A stretch of 63,979 nucleotides of DNA from Methanomicrobiales archaeon (GCA_013415565.1 JAAEET010000001.1:1-63979), one strand, 5' to 3'. Shown: positions 41,493 through 51,215, numbered from the stretch's first letter. Notes: generated by a model not told the origin, from the sequence alone. Translations and numbers: made by a program.

Positions 41493-43285
41493 AGGATGAA
41501 TCCCGGTGCCGGATCCGCCAGCTCGATGAGGCCACCATCGGCAGGATCGCCGCCGGTGAAGTCGTTGAGCGGCCGGCATCGGTGGTCAAGGAGCTCTGCG
41601 AGAATGCGCTCGATGCCGGGGCATCGGTCATCGACATCAGGATTTCCTCCAGCGAAGGCCGGATAACCGGAATAACCGTCACCGATGACGGCTGCGGGAT
41701 GAACCCCGAAGAGGCCCGGCTCGCGTTCTTTCGCCATGCAACCAGCAAGATCCGGGAGATCGATGATCTTCCCGCCTGCACGACCCTGGGATTCCGGGGG
41801 GAGGCGCTGGCCAGCATCGCCGCGGTCTCCCGGGTCACTCTGACAACCCGTGAGAAGGGAACGGCGGTGATCTCCGGAACCCGGCTGGTGAATACCGGCG
41901 GAACGATGAGCGGAGCAGAGGAGGCCGGGTGCCCGGCAGGGACGAGCATCACCGTCGAGGATCTCTTCTACAATACCCCGGCCAGGAGAAAGTTCCAGCG
42001 GTCCCGTGCCGCGGAGATTGCCCGGATCACCGGCACGGTCGAGCGCCTGGTGATCACCCACCCGGCCATCGCCTTCAGGCTTACCGTCGACGGACGGGAA
42101 CGGCTCGCGGTCCCCGGCGGAGGCAGCCTGTACGATGCCATCATCCACCTGTTCGGCCTCGATCTTGCCGAAGGCCTCGTGCAGGTCTCGGCTGACGGAG
42201 AACACGTCGGCGTCCGCGGCTACCTGTCGGTCCCCGACATCTCACGGACCAACCCTTACCAGATCTATCTCTCGGTGAATTCGCGTCCCATATCGTCCCG
42301 GCTGCTCATATCAGCTGTCCGGGACGCCTACGGTACCCTGCTTCCCGGCGACCGCTACCCCGTGGCGTTCCTTGATTTCCTGATCCCGGGAACCGACATC
42401 GACGTCAATGTTCATCCCGCAAAGCGGGAGGTCAGGTTCTCGCACGAGCATGATGTCCTGGCAGAGATTACGGCGCTCCTCAAAGAGGCGCTCTCGTCCC
42501 GGGTCCTCATTCCCGGGAAGGATGCCGGGGCAGCCGCTCAGGTGGCGGCCGGCGATACCCTCACTCCTGTCCGGTATCGTCCGCCGGATTCCGGAACGAC
42601 GGGGGTACGGGAGCCCCCGGTGCGTGAACAGCTCCTGACCGGGCGGCAGCTCAGGCTGACCGGATCGCGGTTACCATTGCATGGATTGCAGGAGCATGAA
42701 CCGGGCCGGATTCCGGAACTCCGGGTTATCGGGCAGCTCGGGAACCTCTACATCCTCTGCAGCACCCCTGACGACAATCTCCTCCTGATAGACCAGCACG
42801 CCGCCCATGAGCGGATCCTCTACGAGCAGATCGGCAGCTGGCCGGCATTCCGGGATTGCGCCCAGGAGCTGATCGAGCCGGTTGTCATCAGGCTCTCCCC
42901 GAGAGAAGCAGATCTCTTCTCGGTCGCGCTGCCGCTCCTCAAACAGGAAGGATTCCTGATCGAGCCGTTCGGACCGCAGGCCTGGGCGATCCGGACCGTT
43001 CCGGTAACCCTGGGAAAGACAGCCGATCCCGATACGGTGAGGGAGATCGTTGCCGAACTGATCGCCCCCGGGTTTCCCCGGGGTTCTGATGCCGCGGAAC
43101 ATCTCAGGAAAATCGTCGCCTGCAGGGGGGCGGTGAAGGCCGGGGCGGTCCTTTCACCCGAACAATGCGACCAGCTGATCCGGCAGCTCCGGACCACGGA
43201 AAACCCCTATACCTGTCCCCACGGAAGGCCGACCATGGTGGTCTTTGCCCGGAAGAAGCTCGATGAACTCTTCCGGCGGACCTGA
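41489..43285 (+). CDS. mutL: DNA mismatch repair endonuclease MutL
   Basis: IAAGEVVERPASVVKEL.ENALDAG, GFRGEAL, DVNVHPAK, DQHAAHERILYE, CPHGRP. Confidence 0.97.
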   Translation: MKDESRCRIRQLDEATIGRIAAGEVVERPASVVKELCENALDAGASVIDIRISSSEGRITGITVTDDGCGMNPEEARLAFFRHATSKIREIDDLPACTTLGFRGEALASIAAVSRVTLTTREKGTAVISGTRLVNTGGTMSGAEEAGCPAGTSITVEDLFYNTPARRKFQRSRAAEIARITGTVERLVITHPAIAFRLTVDGRERLAVPGGGSLYDAIIHLFGLDLAEGLVQVSADGEHVGVRGYLSVPDISRTNPYQIYLSVNSRPISSRLLISAVRDAYGTLLPGDRYPVAFLDFLIPGTDIDVNVHPAKREVRFSHEHDVLAEITALLKEALSSRVLIPGKDAGAAAQVAAGDTLTPVRYRPPDSGTTGVREPPVREQLLTGRQLRLTGSRLPLHGLQEHEPGRIPELRVIGQLGNLYILCSTPDDNLLLIDQHAAHERILYEQIGSWPAFRDCAQELIEPVVIRLSPREADLFSVALPLLKQEGFLIEPFGPQAWAIRTVPVTLGKTADPDTVREIVAELIAPGFPRGSDAAEHLRKIVACRGAVKAGAVLSPEQCDQLIRQLRTTENPYTCPHGRPTMVVFARKKLDELFRRT

Positions 43286-43293
43286 TACTATCC

Positions 43294-43311
43294 CTGAACC
43301 CGGGGGTTCAG
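43294..43311. terminator. Short palindrome after mutL stop
   Basis: CTGAACC-CGGG-GGTTCAG followed by an AT-rich stretch. Confidence 0.35.
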
Positions 43312-43379
43312 AAAACTTTTAATATGCTGCGAACATTGGTAAGTGAACATCTGTTGTTCCCGCCTGAAAGGAGAAATCC

Positions 43380-43727
43380 ATGACCACAGGAAAAAACGTA
43401 TCCACCCTGATCGTACTATGCCTCGTACTCTCCCTTCTTGCAGGAGCGGCTGCGGCAACGAGTCTCTCCACTGCAGGAAGCTACTTTTCCACGGGCACCA
43501 CCGTGTCCGTGCAGGGGACGATCAACGAGACTGTATCCATTCATCGCTCAACGATTACCAACGGAATAACGGTGAGGGAAGACTGGATATCCTCCTACAT
43601 TGCCCGGAATCCTGCCCCCATGACCTGGACCTCCCAAGGATCAGCAGGATCAACTGACGGGAATCTGTGGTGGACCTACCAGAGAACAGGCCTTCCTGTC
43701 AGCTGGATCAGGCTCCTTGGGATATAA
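43380..43727 (+). CDS. Small secreted hypothetical protein
   Basis: AGGAG RBS, signal peptide ending AGAAAA, Thr/Ser-rich mature part. Confidence 0.7.
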   Translation: MTTGKNVSTLIVLCLVLSLLAGAAAATSLSTAGSYFSTGTTVSVQGTINETVSIHRSTITNGITVREDWISSYIARNPAPMTWTSQGSAGSTDGNLWWTYQRTGLPVSWIRLLGI

Positions 43728-43819
43728 CCCGATTATCACATTTTTCCATCTGAGCCGCTGAACCGCGACCAGCCCGCTCCTGCCAATGCTCTTCTAGGGG
43801 AAACGACCATCCCTCATAC

Positions 43820-45187
43820 ATGATCCAGCAGGAACGGGTGCAGCCGCTCAACCGGCAGCCGGTCAGGAAGGGCAGGTACGTGCTGTACTGGATGCAGGCA
43901 TCACCCCGGCTGCGGTGCAACCATGCCTACCAGTATGCCGTAACCCATGCGGAGCGCCTCGCCCTTCCGCTCGTGGCCTGCTTTGTGGTGACCCCGGGTT
44001 TCCCGGATGCCCGGGGATTCCACTACCGGTTCCTTGCCGAAGGTCTCGGGGAGGTGGAAAGGGATCTCGCGAACCATGGAGTACGGCTGGTGACCCGCTT
44101 TGGGGATCCGGCCGACAATATTCCCGCCCTTGCCGCTGGTGCGGCACTCGTGGTGACCGATTGCGGGTATCTCCGGATCCAGCGGGAATGGCGCGAGACC
44201 GTGTCGCACGAGCTGCCGTGCCGGTTCTGCCAGGTGGAGACCAACGTGGTGGTTCCGGTCCACCATGCCTCGCCGAAAGAAGAGTGGTCGGCTGCCACCT
44301 TCAGGAAGAAGATCACGCCGTTGATCGACCGGTTCCTGGTCCCGTCCGGGGAGAAAAGGCCGGGCAGATCCTCTCTCTCCCTCGATCCCGGCGTCGACAC
44401 CGATCCTGCAGCAGCGTCGTTTCTTGCGACGATAGCAGAGGCAGGTGGGGAGCACCGGGTTCCCTGGCAGGGGGGAGAGCGTGCCGCCCACGGGCTGCTT
44501 GACCGGTTCATCACGGAGCGGCTGGACCGGTATGCTTCCGGGCGGAACGACCCGAATGCCGATGCCCTCTCGTGCATGAGTCCCTATCTCCATTTCGGGC
44601 AGATCTCGCCGCTTGATATCGCGCTCCGGATCACAGCAACCGGCCATCCCGATGCCGGGGTCTACCTCGAGGAACTGATCGTGCGACGGGAACTGGCCAT
44701 GAATTTCGTCTTCTATAATCCCGGGTATGACCGGTACGAGGGTCTTCCCGGCTGGGCGAAAAAGACCCTGGGGGAGCATGCCGGGGATATCCGTGAATAC
44801 AGCTACCGTTTCAGGGAGTTTGAGGAAGCAGCGACCCATGACCCGTACTGGAATGCCGCCCAGGACGAGATGCGGTTTTCCGGGAAGATGCACGGCTACA
44901 TGCGGATGTACTGGGGAAAGAAGATCCTTGAGTGGTCGGAATCGCCTGAAGAAGGATACCGGATCGCGCTTGGGCTGAACAATGGCTACGAGCTGGATGG
45001 CCGGGACCCGAACGGGTTTACCGGGGTTGCATGGTGCTTCGGAAAACACGACCGTGCCTGGGCGGAACGGCCGGTCTATGGCAAGATCCGGTACATGAAT
45101 GCCCACGGGCTGAAGCGGAAGTTCGATGCGGACCGGTACGTTGAGCGGGTCGGGGAGCTGAAGGAACATGCCGGGCACCAGGAATGA
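43820..45187 (+). CDS. phr: Class II CPD photolyase
   Basis: YVLYWMQ, MSPYLHFGQIS, EELIVRRELA, GKMHGYMRMYWGKK, DGRDPNG, GKIRYMN. Confidence 0.95.
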   Translation: MIQQERVQPLNRQPVRKGRYVLYWMQASPRLRCNHAYQYAVTHAERLALPLVACFVVTPGFPDARGFHYRFLAEGLGEVERDLANHGVRLVTRFGDPADNIPALAAGAALVVTDCGYLRIQREWRETVSHELPCRFCQVETNVVVPVHHASPKEEWSAATFRKKITPLIDRFLVPSGEKRPGRSSLSLDPGVDTDPAAASFLATIAEAGGEHRVPWQGGERAAHGLLDRFITERLDRYASGRNDPNADALSCMSPYLHFGQISPLDIALRITATGHPDAGVYLEELIVRRELAMNFVFYNPGYDRYEGLPGWAKKTLGEHAGDIREYSYRFREFEEAATHDPYWNAAQDEMRFSGKMHGYMRMYWGKKILEWSESPEEGYRIALGLNNGYELDGRDPNGFTGVAWCFGKHDRAWAERPVYGKIRYMNAHGLKRKFDADRYVERVGELKEHAGHQE

Positions 45188-45436
45188 ATTTCCGGTATTC
45201 ATTCCCGGAATCTCCCGATGCCGGTCAATGCTCCCCTGAGTGTCCCCTGCGGCTTTCCGGCGATGAGGGGGGTTTCCTTCCGTTCCTCTCGAGCTCACAG
45301 GCAATGATCCTTGTCGATTCCACGTCGGCGATGCAGGACAGTTCCGGTATTCCGGAGGGTCCCTGAAAGCAGGATATTTCGGGAATGACATGCAATTACC
45401 AGGGAGAGGAGCCGGGTACACCGGCATTTTCGTGAG

Positions 45437-46249
45437 ATGACCGGACCATCCATCGCATCGTTTCAGGCCAGGGTCCTCTCGTACTACCGGACCCACCGGC
45501 GCGACTTTCCCTGGAGGCATACCACCGATCCCTACCGTATCATGGTATCGGAGATCATGCTCCAGCAGACGCAGGTGGAACGGGTAGGGGAGAAGTACGC
45601 GAGCTTTCTCACCCGGTTTCCCGACATCGAATCGCTTGCCGGGGCCACGGCTGAGGACGTGCTCAGCGCATGGCAGGGGCTCGGCTACAACCGGCGGGCC
45701 CTGGCCCTGAAAGCGGCAGCAGGGGAGATTGTTGAGCGGTTCGACGGGGTCATTCCGGACGATGAACAGGGCCTCCAAAGCCTCCCCGGCATAGGTCCCT
45801 ATACCGCTTCCGCCATCCTCGTTTTCGCATTCAACCGGCCGGTGGTGATGATAGAGACGAATATCAGGCGGGTCTTCATCCATTGCTTCTTCAGTGACCG
45901 GACCGGTGTGGCGGACCGCGAGATCCTTCCCCTGGTTGAAGCGACCCTGGTCAGGGAGAATCCCCGTGAGTGGTACAATGCCCTGATGGACTACGGCCGG
46001 CACCTGGGGGCCACGATTGAGAATCCGAACCGGCGGAGCCGGCACTACTCGCGGCAGGCGCCCTTTGAAGGCTCGAACCGGCAGCTCCGGGGAAAGATTC
46101 TCCGGCTGCTGATCGGTGGCGGTGAGACGGCAGTTGGGGATCTTTCCCGGAACCTCGGGCTTCCCGAATCAGTGATAGAGCCGGTTCTTGTCCGGCTTGC
46201 GGATGAAGGATTCATCACCCGGGAAGATAACCGGGTCAGGATTGCCTGA
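45437..46249 (+). CDS. MutY-like HhH-GPD DNA glycosylase (no Fe-S motif, C-terminal wHTH)
   Basis: FPWR, VSEIMLQQTQV, WQGLGYNRRA, LPGIGPYTA, IETNIRRV, ALMDYG. Confidence 0.88.
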   Translation: MTGPSIASFQARVLSYYRTHRRDFPWRHTTDPYRIMVSEIMLQQTQVERVGEKYASFLTRFPDIESLAGATAEDVLSAWQGLGYNRRALALKAAAGEIVERFDGVIPDDEQGLQSLPGIGPYTASAILVFAFNRPVVMIETNIRRVFIHCFFSDRTGVADREILPLVEATLVRENPREWYNALMDYGRHLGATIENPNRRSRHYSRQAPFEGSNRQLRGKILRLLIGGGETAVGDLSRNLGLPESVIEPVLVRLADEGFITREDNRVRIA

Positions 46250-46405
46250 AGACGTTTGAGGAGAGACTGAAGCGTCCGGTGACGATGCCTGGTCGTGCAG
46301 CGGAAATAATGGGAATCCCGGATGGTTCAGCCCATGGCCTTCCGGTTTTTCCCGTTCCCGGATGCCAGCTGACCTGTCCGATATGGCGGGGGTGGCGCCC
46401 CGGCC

Positions 46406-46585
46406 TCAGCCCCTCAAGAAGTAGCCGATCACGATGAGCAGGAGGCCGGTGTAGAACATGGCGGCCCACGGCCACGAGAAGCCCGGGTCGATGGTGGCAA
46501 ATCCCTTGAGATCCTGTAGCAGAACAAGGACGAACCCTGCCAGGAAACAGAGCAGGCTGAGCTGTTTCTTTGTCGCTTTCTCCAT
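46406..46585 (-). CDS. 59-aa two-TM small membrane protein (not in ORF track)
   Basis: MEKATKKQLSLLCFLAGFVLVLLQDLKGFATIDPGFSWPWAAMFYTGLLLIVIGYFLRG*; AGGAG RBS upstream. Confidence 0.7.
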   Translation of the reverse strand: MEKATKKQLSLLCFLAGFVLVLLQDLKGFATIDPGFSWPWAAMFYTGLLLIVIGYFLRG

Positions 46586-46653
46586 GCTGGTCTCTCCTTT
46601 TAATTCTCCTGAAAGAGGGTATGCCGTGCTCCCTTATATTCCTTCAGGGAGAA

Positions 46654-47247
46654 TTACGCCCGATTTCCCGAAAATCTGCCCACAAATACCGAGAAGAGAC
46701 GGGAAGTCGGGACAGGCGGGTCAAAAACCGTTCCCAGCGAGATACGCTCTTCCGGGTACCCGAGATCCTCGCACAGGGCTACCGCGAGATCTTCCCTGCC
46801 CGCTCCGATCGCACGACAGAGCCCGGCGACGCTGAACCGGGGATCGGCGATGATGAAGACGGTTCTGCCCTGGTCCAGGGCCCGGGCGATCGGGGCACAT
46901 GCCGCCCGGTGATCCTTCCCGTGAGCCCGGACAACCACCACCTCCTCGAGGGGGATGGCGAGCCGTGCCGATGCCAGCTGGAGGGATGAGATCCCCGGGA
47001 TGATCTCCCCTCCCAGGAACCCGAGGCCGGCGAGCATCGGGTCCCCGGTAGAGAGGACCACGGCATGGTCCGGCACGGGGATCGAGGAAAAATCATTCAT
47101 CACCTGCACCTCGCATCCCTCCGGGATGAACCGGGCGGCCAGTTCGATCGCCCTCCGGGAGCCCATCACCACGGTCGCTCCGGTGATCGCACGGATGGCC
47201 TCCTCGGTGAGCATCCCCGGCCCGCATCCGACGCCGACGACTTTCAT
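46654..47247 (-). CDS. cbiE: Cobalt-precorrin-7 C5-methyltransferase
   Basis: VVGVGCGPGMLT, STGDPMLAGLG, PGISSLQ, HGK, LGYPEERI. Confidence 0.9.
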   Translation of the reverse strand: MKVVGVGCGPGMLTEEAIRAITGATVVMGSRRAIELAARFIPEGCEVQVMNDFSSIPVPDHAVVLSTGDPMLAGLGFLGGEIIPGISSLQLASARLAIPLEEVVVVRAHGKDHRAACAPIARALDQGRTVFIIADPRFSVAGLCRAIGAGREDLAVALCEDLGYPEERISLGTVFDPPVPTSRLFSVFVGRFSGNRA

Positions 47248-48275
47248 CCCGAATCCCCCATGATGACGCCTTTCCGGTCGATCACAACGATCCGCAGCCC
47301 GGGGTAGCGCTCCTTCGCGGTGTGAAACGCCCCTTCCATCTTCCGTTCGAATCCGGGCCTGCCCGAGAGTTCCTCAACGGTCATACACCCGGTCCCGTCA
47401 AGGATACCGGGATCGAGGAACCGGAGGATAAGCCCGGGGAGCCCGCAGAGCACCACCTCGCCGTCAGCAGCGGAGAGCGCCTCGGCGAGTTTTGCCCCGG
47501 CAAGAATAGCTTCGTGGTCGGGAAAGAGGAGCCGGGCATAGCGAAGCCCGATTCTCCCCGTGGAGAGGACCACCCGGTCGGCGTGCCCGACCCGCTCTGC
47601 GACCGATGCGGAGAGGTGATCGTCCCAGGGTTCAACCAGCCCGGTTGTCCCGAGAATCGAGATGCCTCCCTCGATCCCGACCTTCGGGTTGAGCGTCGCC
47701 GCACCCACGCGGGCTCCGTCAGGGATGGCGAGCATAATCTGTGCCCCATCGAGGCCCGTCTCCCTGAGCCCCTCTTCCATGGCGGTAAAGATGCAGTCCC
47801 GTGCCGGCATGCTGATAGCCGGCTCCCCGGTCTGGTGCCGGGGGGTGTCGCGGACGAACCTGCCGATTCCGACCCCGGGAATCAGCTCCATTCCATCGGG
47901 CCTGACCGTGCACCGGGCGACAAAGAGGAGCCCGGCGGTGGCATCGGTCGGGTAGTCGCCGGCGTACTTCCGGCATTCGGCCTGCCCTCCCGAACCTGCC
48001 ACCGGGACGGTAACCGTCAGCCCGCAGGGGACGGTCACGTCCACCGATTCAACCGGCCGTACCAGGGAGAGAATGGCCGCTTTGCAGCAGGCGGCAGCGG
48101 TTGTGCCGGTGGTAAACCCCCTCCTCAGGATGGTGCCCGACGAGGTGAGCACGGCAAGCCCGTTCCTTGCCAGGGCAAGGTCATCGCGACCGGATGCTTT
48201 CCTGATCCAGGGTTCAGGGTAGGTGAAACCGGTGACCGGGTCGGTGACCGGGTCCTCAGGGCTGTCGTTTCGCAT
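47244..48275 (-). CDS. cbiD: Cobalt-precorrin-5B C1-methyltransferase
   Basis: RRGFTTGTTAAA, KYAGDYPTDATAG, TLNPKVGIEGGISILGTTG. Confidence 0.93.
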   Translation of the reverse strand: MRNDSPEDPVTDPVTGFTYPEPWIRKASGRDDLALARNGLAVLTSSGTILRRGFTTGTTAAACCKAAILSLVRPVESVDVTVPCGLTVTVPVAGSGGQAECRKYAGDYPTDATAGLLFVARCTVRPDGMELIPGVGIGRFVRDTPRHQTGEPAISMPARDCIFTAMEEGLRETGLDGAQIMLAIPDGARVGAATLNPKVGIEGGISILGTTGLVEPWDDHLSASVAERVGHADRVVLSTGRIGLRYARLLFPDHEAILAGAKLAEALSAADGEVVLCGLPGLILRFLDPGILDGTGCMTVEELSGRPGFERKMEGAFHTAKERYPGLRIVVIDRKGVIMGDSG

Positions 48276-48930
48276 GGCGTTCTGCATGGATAGTGATGAT
48301 CTCGTTGATGGCGGCAACCGCGACCGGGGTTCCCCCGCGGGTACCTTCGTTCGAGATGGAGGGGACCGGGAGGGTCCGGAGTTCTTCCTTTGATTCTGCG
48401 GCCTTGACGAATCCGACCGGTGTTCCGATCACCAGGGCAGGACGTATGCCGTCCCGGACCAGATCACAGACCGCAAGCAGGGCCGAGGGGGCATTCCCGA
48501 TCACCACGATCGCGCCGTCCAGGCGATCGGCGAGGGCGAGGATCCCGGCCCTGCTCCGGGTGATCCCCAGGGCCGACGCTTCATCCCCGCCGTAATCGAG
48601 GGCGCAGATGACTGTGCTCCGGTGCCCTTTCTTCTGGATCCCGACCTGCACCATCCGGATATCGGTGATGACGGGGGATCCCTGACCGAGGGCGGTGAGG
48701 CCGGCCGTGACCGGGTCATGGCAGAACCGGAGCAGCCCGGCCATGGCAAAGTCGCCGACGGCGACCGAGCACCGCTGCCGGATCCGGTCCTCGAAGTCCC
48801 GGTCCCCGATAACCTCCCGGGCAAGGGTCCTGCTGGTCTTCGATATCTCGTACGCCTCGGCTGTTGTTGCACCGAGGTCAGTATAGGTACTTCCGGTGGT
48901 ATCCCCGCGGGGTGATGATCCCTCTGACAT
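48256..48930 (-). CDS. cbiC: Precorrin-8X methylmutase
   Basis: ITDIRMV, GITRS, IGNAPSAL, PVGFV.AAESKE, RGGTPVAVAAINE. Confidence 0.93.
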   Translation of the reverse strand: MSEGSSPRGDTTGSTYTDLGATTAEAYEISKTSRTLAREVIGDRDFEDRIRQRCSVAVGDFAMAGLLRFCHDPVTAGLTALGQGSPVITDIRMVQVGIQKKGHRSTVICALDYGGDEASALGITRSRAGILALADRLDGAIVVIGNAPSALLAVCDLVRDGIRPALVIGTPVGFVKAAESKEELRTLPVPSISNEGTRGGTPVAVAAINEIITIHAERHAKRQP

Positions 48931-49648
48931 CCTCTCCGTTCCTCCAGATCCGTGTCTCTTCTCCGCCCACGATCACCGTGGTATGCATGTCCACCTTCCC
49001 TTCCACCCCTGAAATCTCTCCAAGCGTGGTGATCACCGCCTCCTCGCCGTCCCGGTAGGCATTCCGCACGATCCCGACCGGGGTTGCCGGCGACCGGTAT
49101 TCTCCGGCGATCTCCATGGCAAGGGCGAAGTTGTGGGGCCGCCCCCTGCTCCGGGGGTTGTAGAGAACAACCGGCACGCCCATCGAGAAGGCGGCATGGA
49201 GCCGTCGTTCGATCACCTCGAGCGGGGTGAGGAGATCCGAGAGACTGAGGGTGGCGAAATCGCCCGAGAGAGGAGAGCCGAGGATCGATGCGGCGGCCTG
49301 CGAGGCGGTGATACCCGGGACGACTTCCCAGGGGAGATCCACGCCATCGCGCTCCAGGATCTCGAGGACGATCCCGGCCATACCGTAGATGCCGGCATCG
49401 CCACCGCTCACCATGACCACCGGGGCCTCCCGGGCGAGCTCGATCGACCGTCGCGCCCGTTCCACCTCCTTCCCCATCGAGCTCGTGATCACCTTTTTCC
49501 CTTCAAGGAGCGGGCCGAGCTGGGCAAGGTAGGTGTCATTCCCGATAACATACGCGGCCTGTTCCAGCACCTCCCGGGCCCGGCCGGTGAGCTGGGCGGG
49601 ACTCCCGGGACCGATTCCGACGATGGCAAGCCTACCGTGCGATGGCAA
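48878..49648 (-). CDS. cbiH: Precorrin-3B C17-methyltransferase
   Basis: VGIGPG, SGGDAGIYGMAG, SLSDLLTP, LYNPRSRGR, ITPRGY. Confidence 0.93.
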   Translation of the reverse strand: MPSHGRLAIVGIGPGSPAQLTGRAREVLEQAAYVIGNDTYLAQLGPLLEGKKVITSSMGKEVERARRSIELAREAPVVMVSGGDAGIYGMAGIVLEILERDGVDLPWEVVPGITASQAAASILGSPLSGDFATLSLSDLLTPLEVIERRLHAAFSMGVPVVLYNPRSRGRPHNFALAMEIAGEYRSPATPVGIVRNAYRDGEEAVITTLGEISGVEGKVDMHTTVIVGGEETRIWRNGEDVRGIITPRGYHRKYLY

Positions 49649-50501
49649 CCGTCACTCCTCCCTTCAGCAGCTTCGGCACTATCAGCTCCTTCCGCTTCGA
49701 TACGGCGAGGGCACAGGGCTCGGCGACTCCGGCAAGGCCGAGCCGCGATGCACCGGACGCAGAAACCCCCGGGTGGCGGTTGATGGTCCGGTCATCGAGG
49801 AAGATCAGCGGCCGGCCGAGGGCACGGACGGCCTGAAGGATTCCCGGTTCGCCCGATTTTTTTACCGTGGTGGCGAAGACGAGCACGTCGCCGGGCTCAA
49901 TTTCGGCGGCGGCGAGAGCGGCGCGAACCGCCTCTTCGACCGCTTCAGCGGACACTCCCTTCCGGCACCCGATCCCGACCCCGTACTCACCTTCAGCGAC
50001 CAGGAAAGCGACATCCGGCCCTCCGATCACGAGGGCGGGTCCGGACACCGCGTACACTCCGGCCGTACCATCGAGGAAAGCTGCGTTCACCGGGGTCGAT
50101 GAATCGTAATTGACCAGGCTGTATCCTCCGGCCGCGGCAATCCCCTCGACGGACGACACCCCTGCCCGTTCGGTGGCGGTGGTGATGACGGGGACCGTCC
50201 CCAGCGGTGCAAGGTCCCGGGCAAGGGCGTTTGCCCCGTGATGCCCGCCGATCAGGGGGATGGCCAGGCCGAGGTCGGGTGTCACCACCACCACGGCAGG
50301 ATCGGTCCACTTGTCCGCGAGGAGCGGCGCGATTCCTCTCACGGCAATACCGGCCGACATGACGGCGGCGATCTGGGAATACTGCCCGAACGCCTCCCGG
50401 AACGCTGTCGGGGAATATTCGATGAGGTCTGCGGAGATGCAATCCGCAATCTGCCGGGCCTCCCCGAGAAACCGCGGGAGGTAGATGACCGCTCTCGTCA
50501 T
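49632..50501 (-). CDS. cbiG: Cobalt-precorrin-5A hydrolase
   Basis: GIAVRGIAP..DKWTDPAVVV, GGHHGAN, GIGCRKG, GVAEPCAL. Confidence 0.92.
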   Translation of the reverse strand: MTRAVIYLPRFLGEARQIADCISADLIEYSPTAFREAFGQYSQIAAVMSAGIAVRGIAPLLADKWTDPAVVVVTPDLGLAIPLIGGHHGANALARDLAPLGTVPVITTATERAGVSSVEGIAAAGGYSLVNYDSSTPVNAAFLDGTAGVYAVSGPALVIGGPDVAFLVAEGEYGVGIGCRKGVSAEAVEEAVRAALAAAEIEPGDVLVFATTVKKSGEPGILQAVRALGRPLIFLDDRTINRHPGVSASGASRLGLAGVAEPCALAVSKRKELIVPKLLKGGVTVAIAR

Positions 50502-51214
50502 GAGTAGAGCACCGACCTCCGGTGACCTGATCCGGCAGGATCGATGACCCCGCCCACCACGAGGAGAGCGGAGCGGGTGATTCCTGCCTCACGGGCCTTC
50601 CCTGCAATATCGCTGATGGTCCCGCGGATCACCGTCTCATCCGGCCAGCTGGCATGGTAGACCACTGCCGCCGGGGTCGAAGGGGGGCGCTCCAAACGGG
50701 CGATGATCTCGTCGATCCGGTCGGCTCCGAGGAAGAAGACCAGGGTGGCGGTGTGCCGGGAGAGCTCCGGTATCTCGTCCTGCCCGAGCGTTTTTCCGGC
50801 CGGGCGGGTCACGATCAGCGTGTCGGCGACCCCGCCGAGGGTGAACTGGGTCCGGAGTGCGGCGGCGGCGGCAAAAAGCGAGGAGACTCCCGGAACGACC
50901 TCGTATTCGATTCCCTCCTCCTCGAGCAGCCGCATCTGTTCCACGACAGCCCCGTAGAGTGCCGGGTCGCCGGAATGGAGCCGCACCACGAGGGCCCCTT
51001 CACGGGCATGCGCCACCATCAGGGGGACGATCTCCTCGAGGCTCTTTCCCCAGGAATCGACCTTCACCCGTGCACCGGACCGTTCGACGAGCGCAGGGTT
51101 CACCAGGGAACCGGCGTACACCAGGATATCGGCGCGGGCGAGGAGTTCCATGCCACGGACCGTGATCAGGTCGGGCGCCCCGGGGCCGGCACCCACGAAC
51201 CACACCTTCCCCAT
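50498..51214 (-). CDS. cbiF: Cobalt-precorrin-4 C11-methyltransferase
   Basis: VGAGPGAPDLITVRG, YAGSLV, RLHSGDP.LYGA, HASWPDE. Confidence 0.92.
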   Translation of the reverse strand: MGKVWFVGAGPGAPDLITVRGMELLARADILVYAGSLVNPALVERSGARVKVDSWGKSLEEIVPLMVAHAREGALVVRLHSGDPALYGAVVEQMRLLEEEGIEYEVVPGVSSLFAAAAALRTQFTLGGVADTLIVTRPAGKTLGQDEIPELSRHTATLVFFLGADRIDEIIARLERPPSTPAAVVYHASWPDETVIRGTISDIAGKAREAGITRSALLVVGGVIDPAGSGHRRSVLYS

Positions 51215-51215
51215 A

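Noticed and set aside
45187..45436. Small ORF or gene remnant between photolyase and the MutY-like gene
   Set aside because: No convincing start, RBS or recognisable homology in any frame examined
43901..46045. 714-aa minus-strand ORF and similar long antisense ORFs (2699-4111, 6035-7456, 13080-14408, 25154-26476, 40215-41579)
   Set aside because: Shadow ORFs opposite well-supported genes in GC-rich DNA; no recognisable motifs
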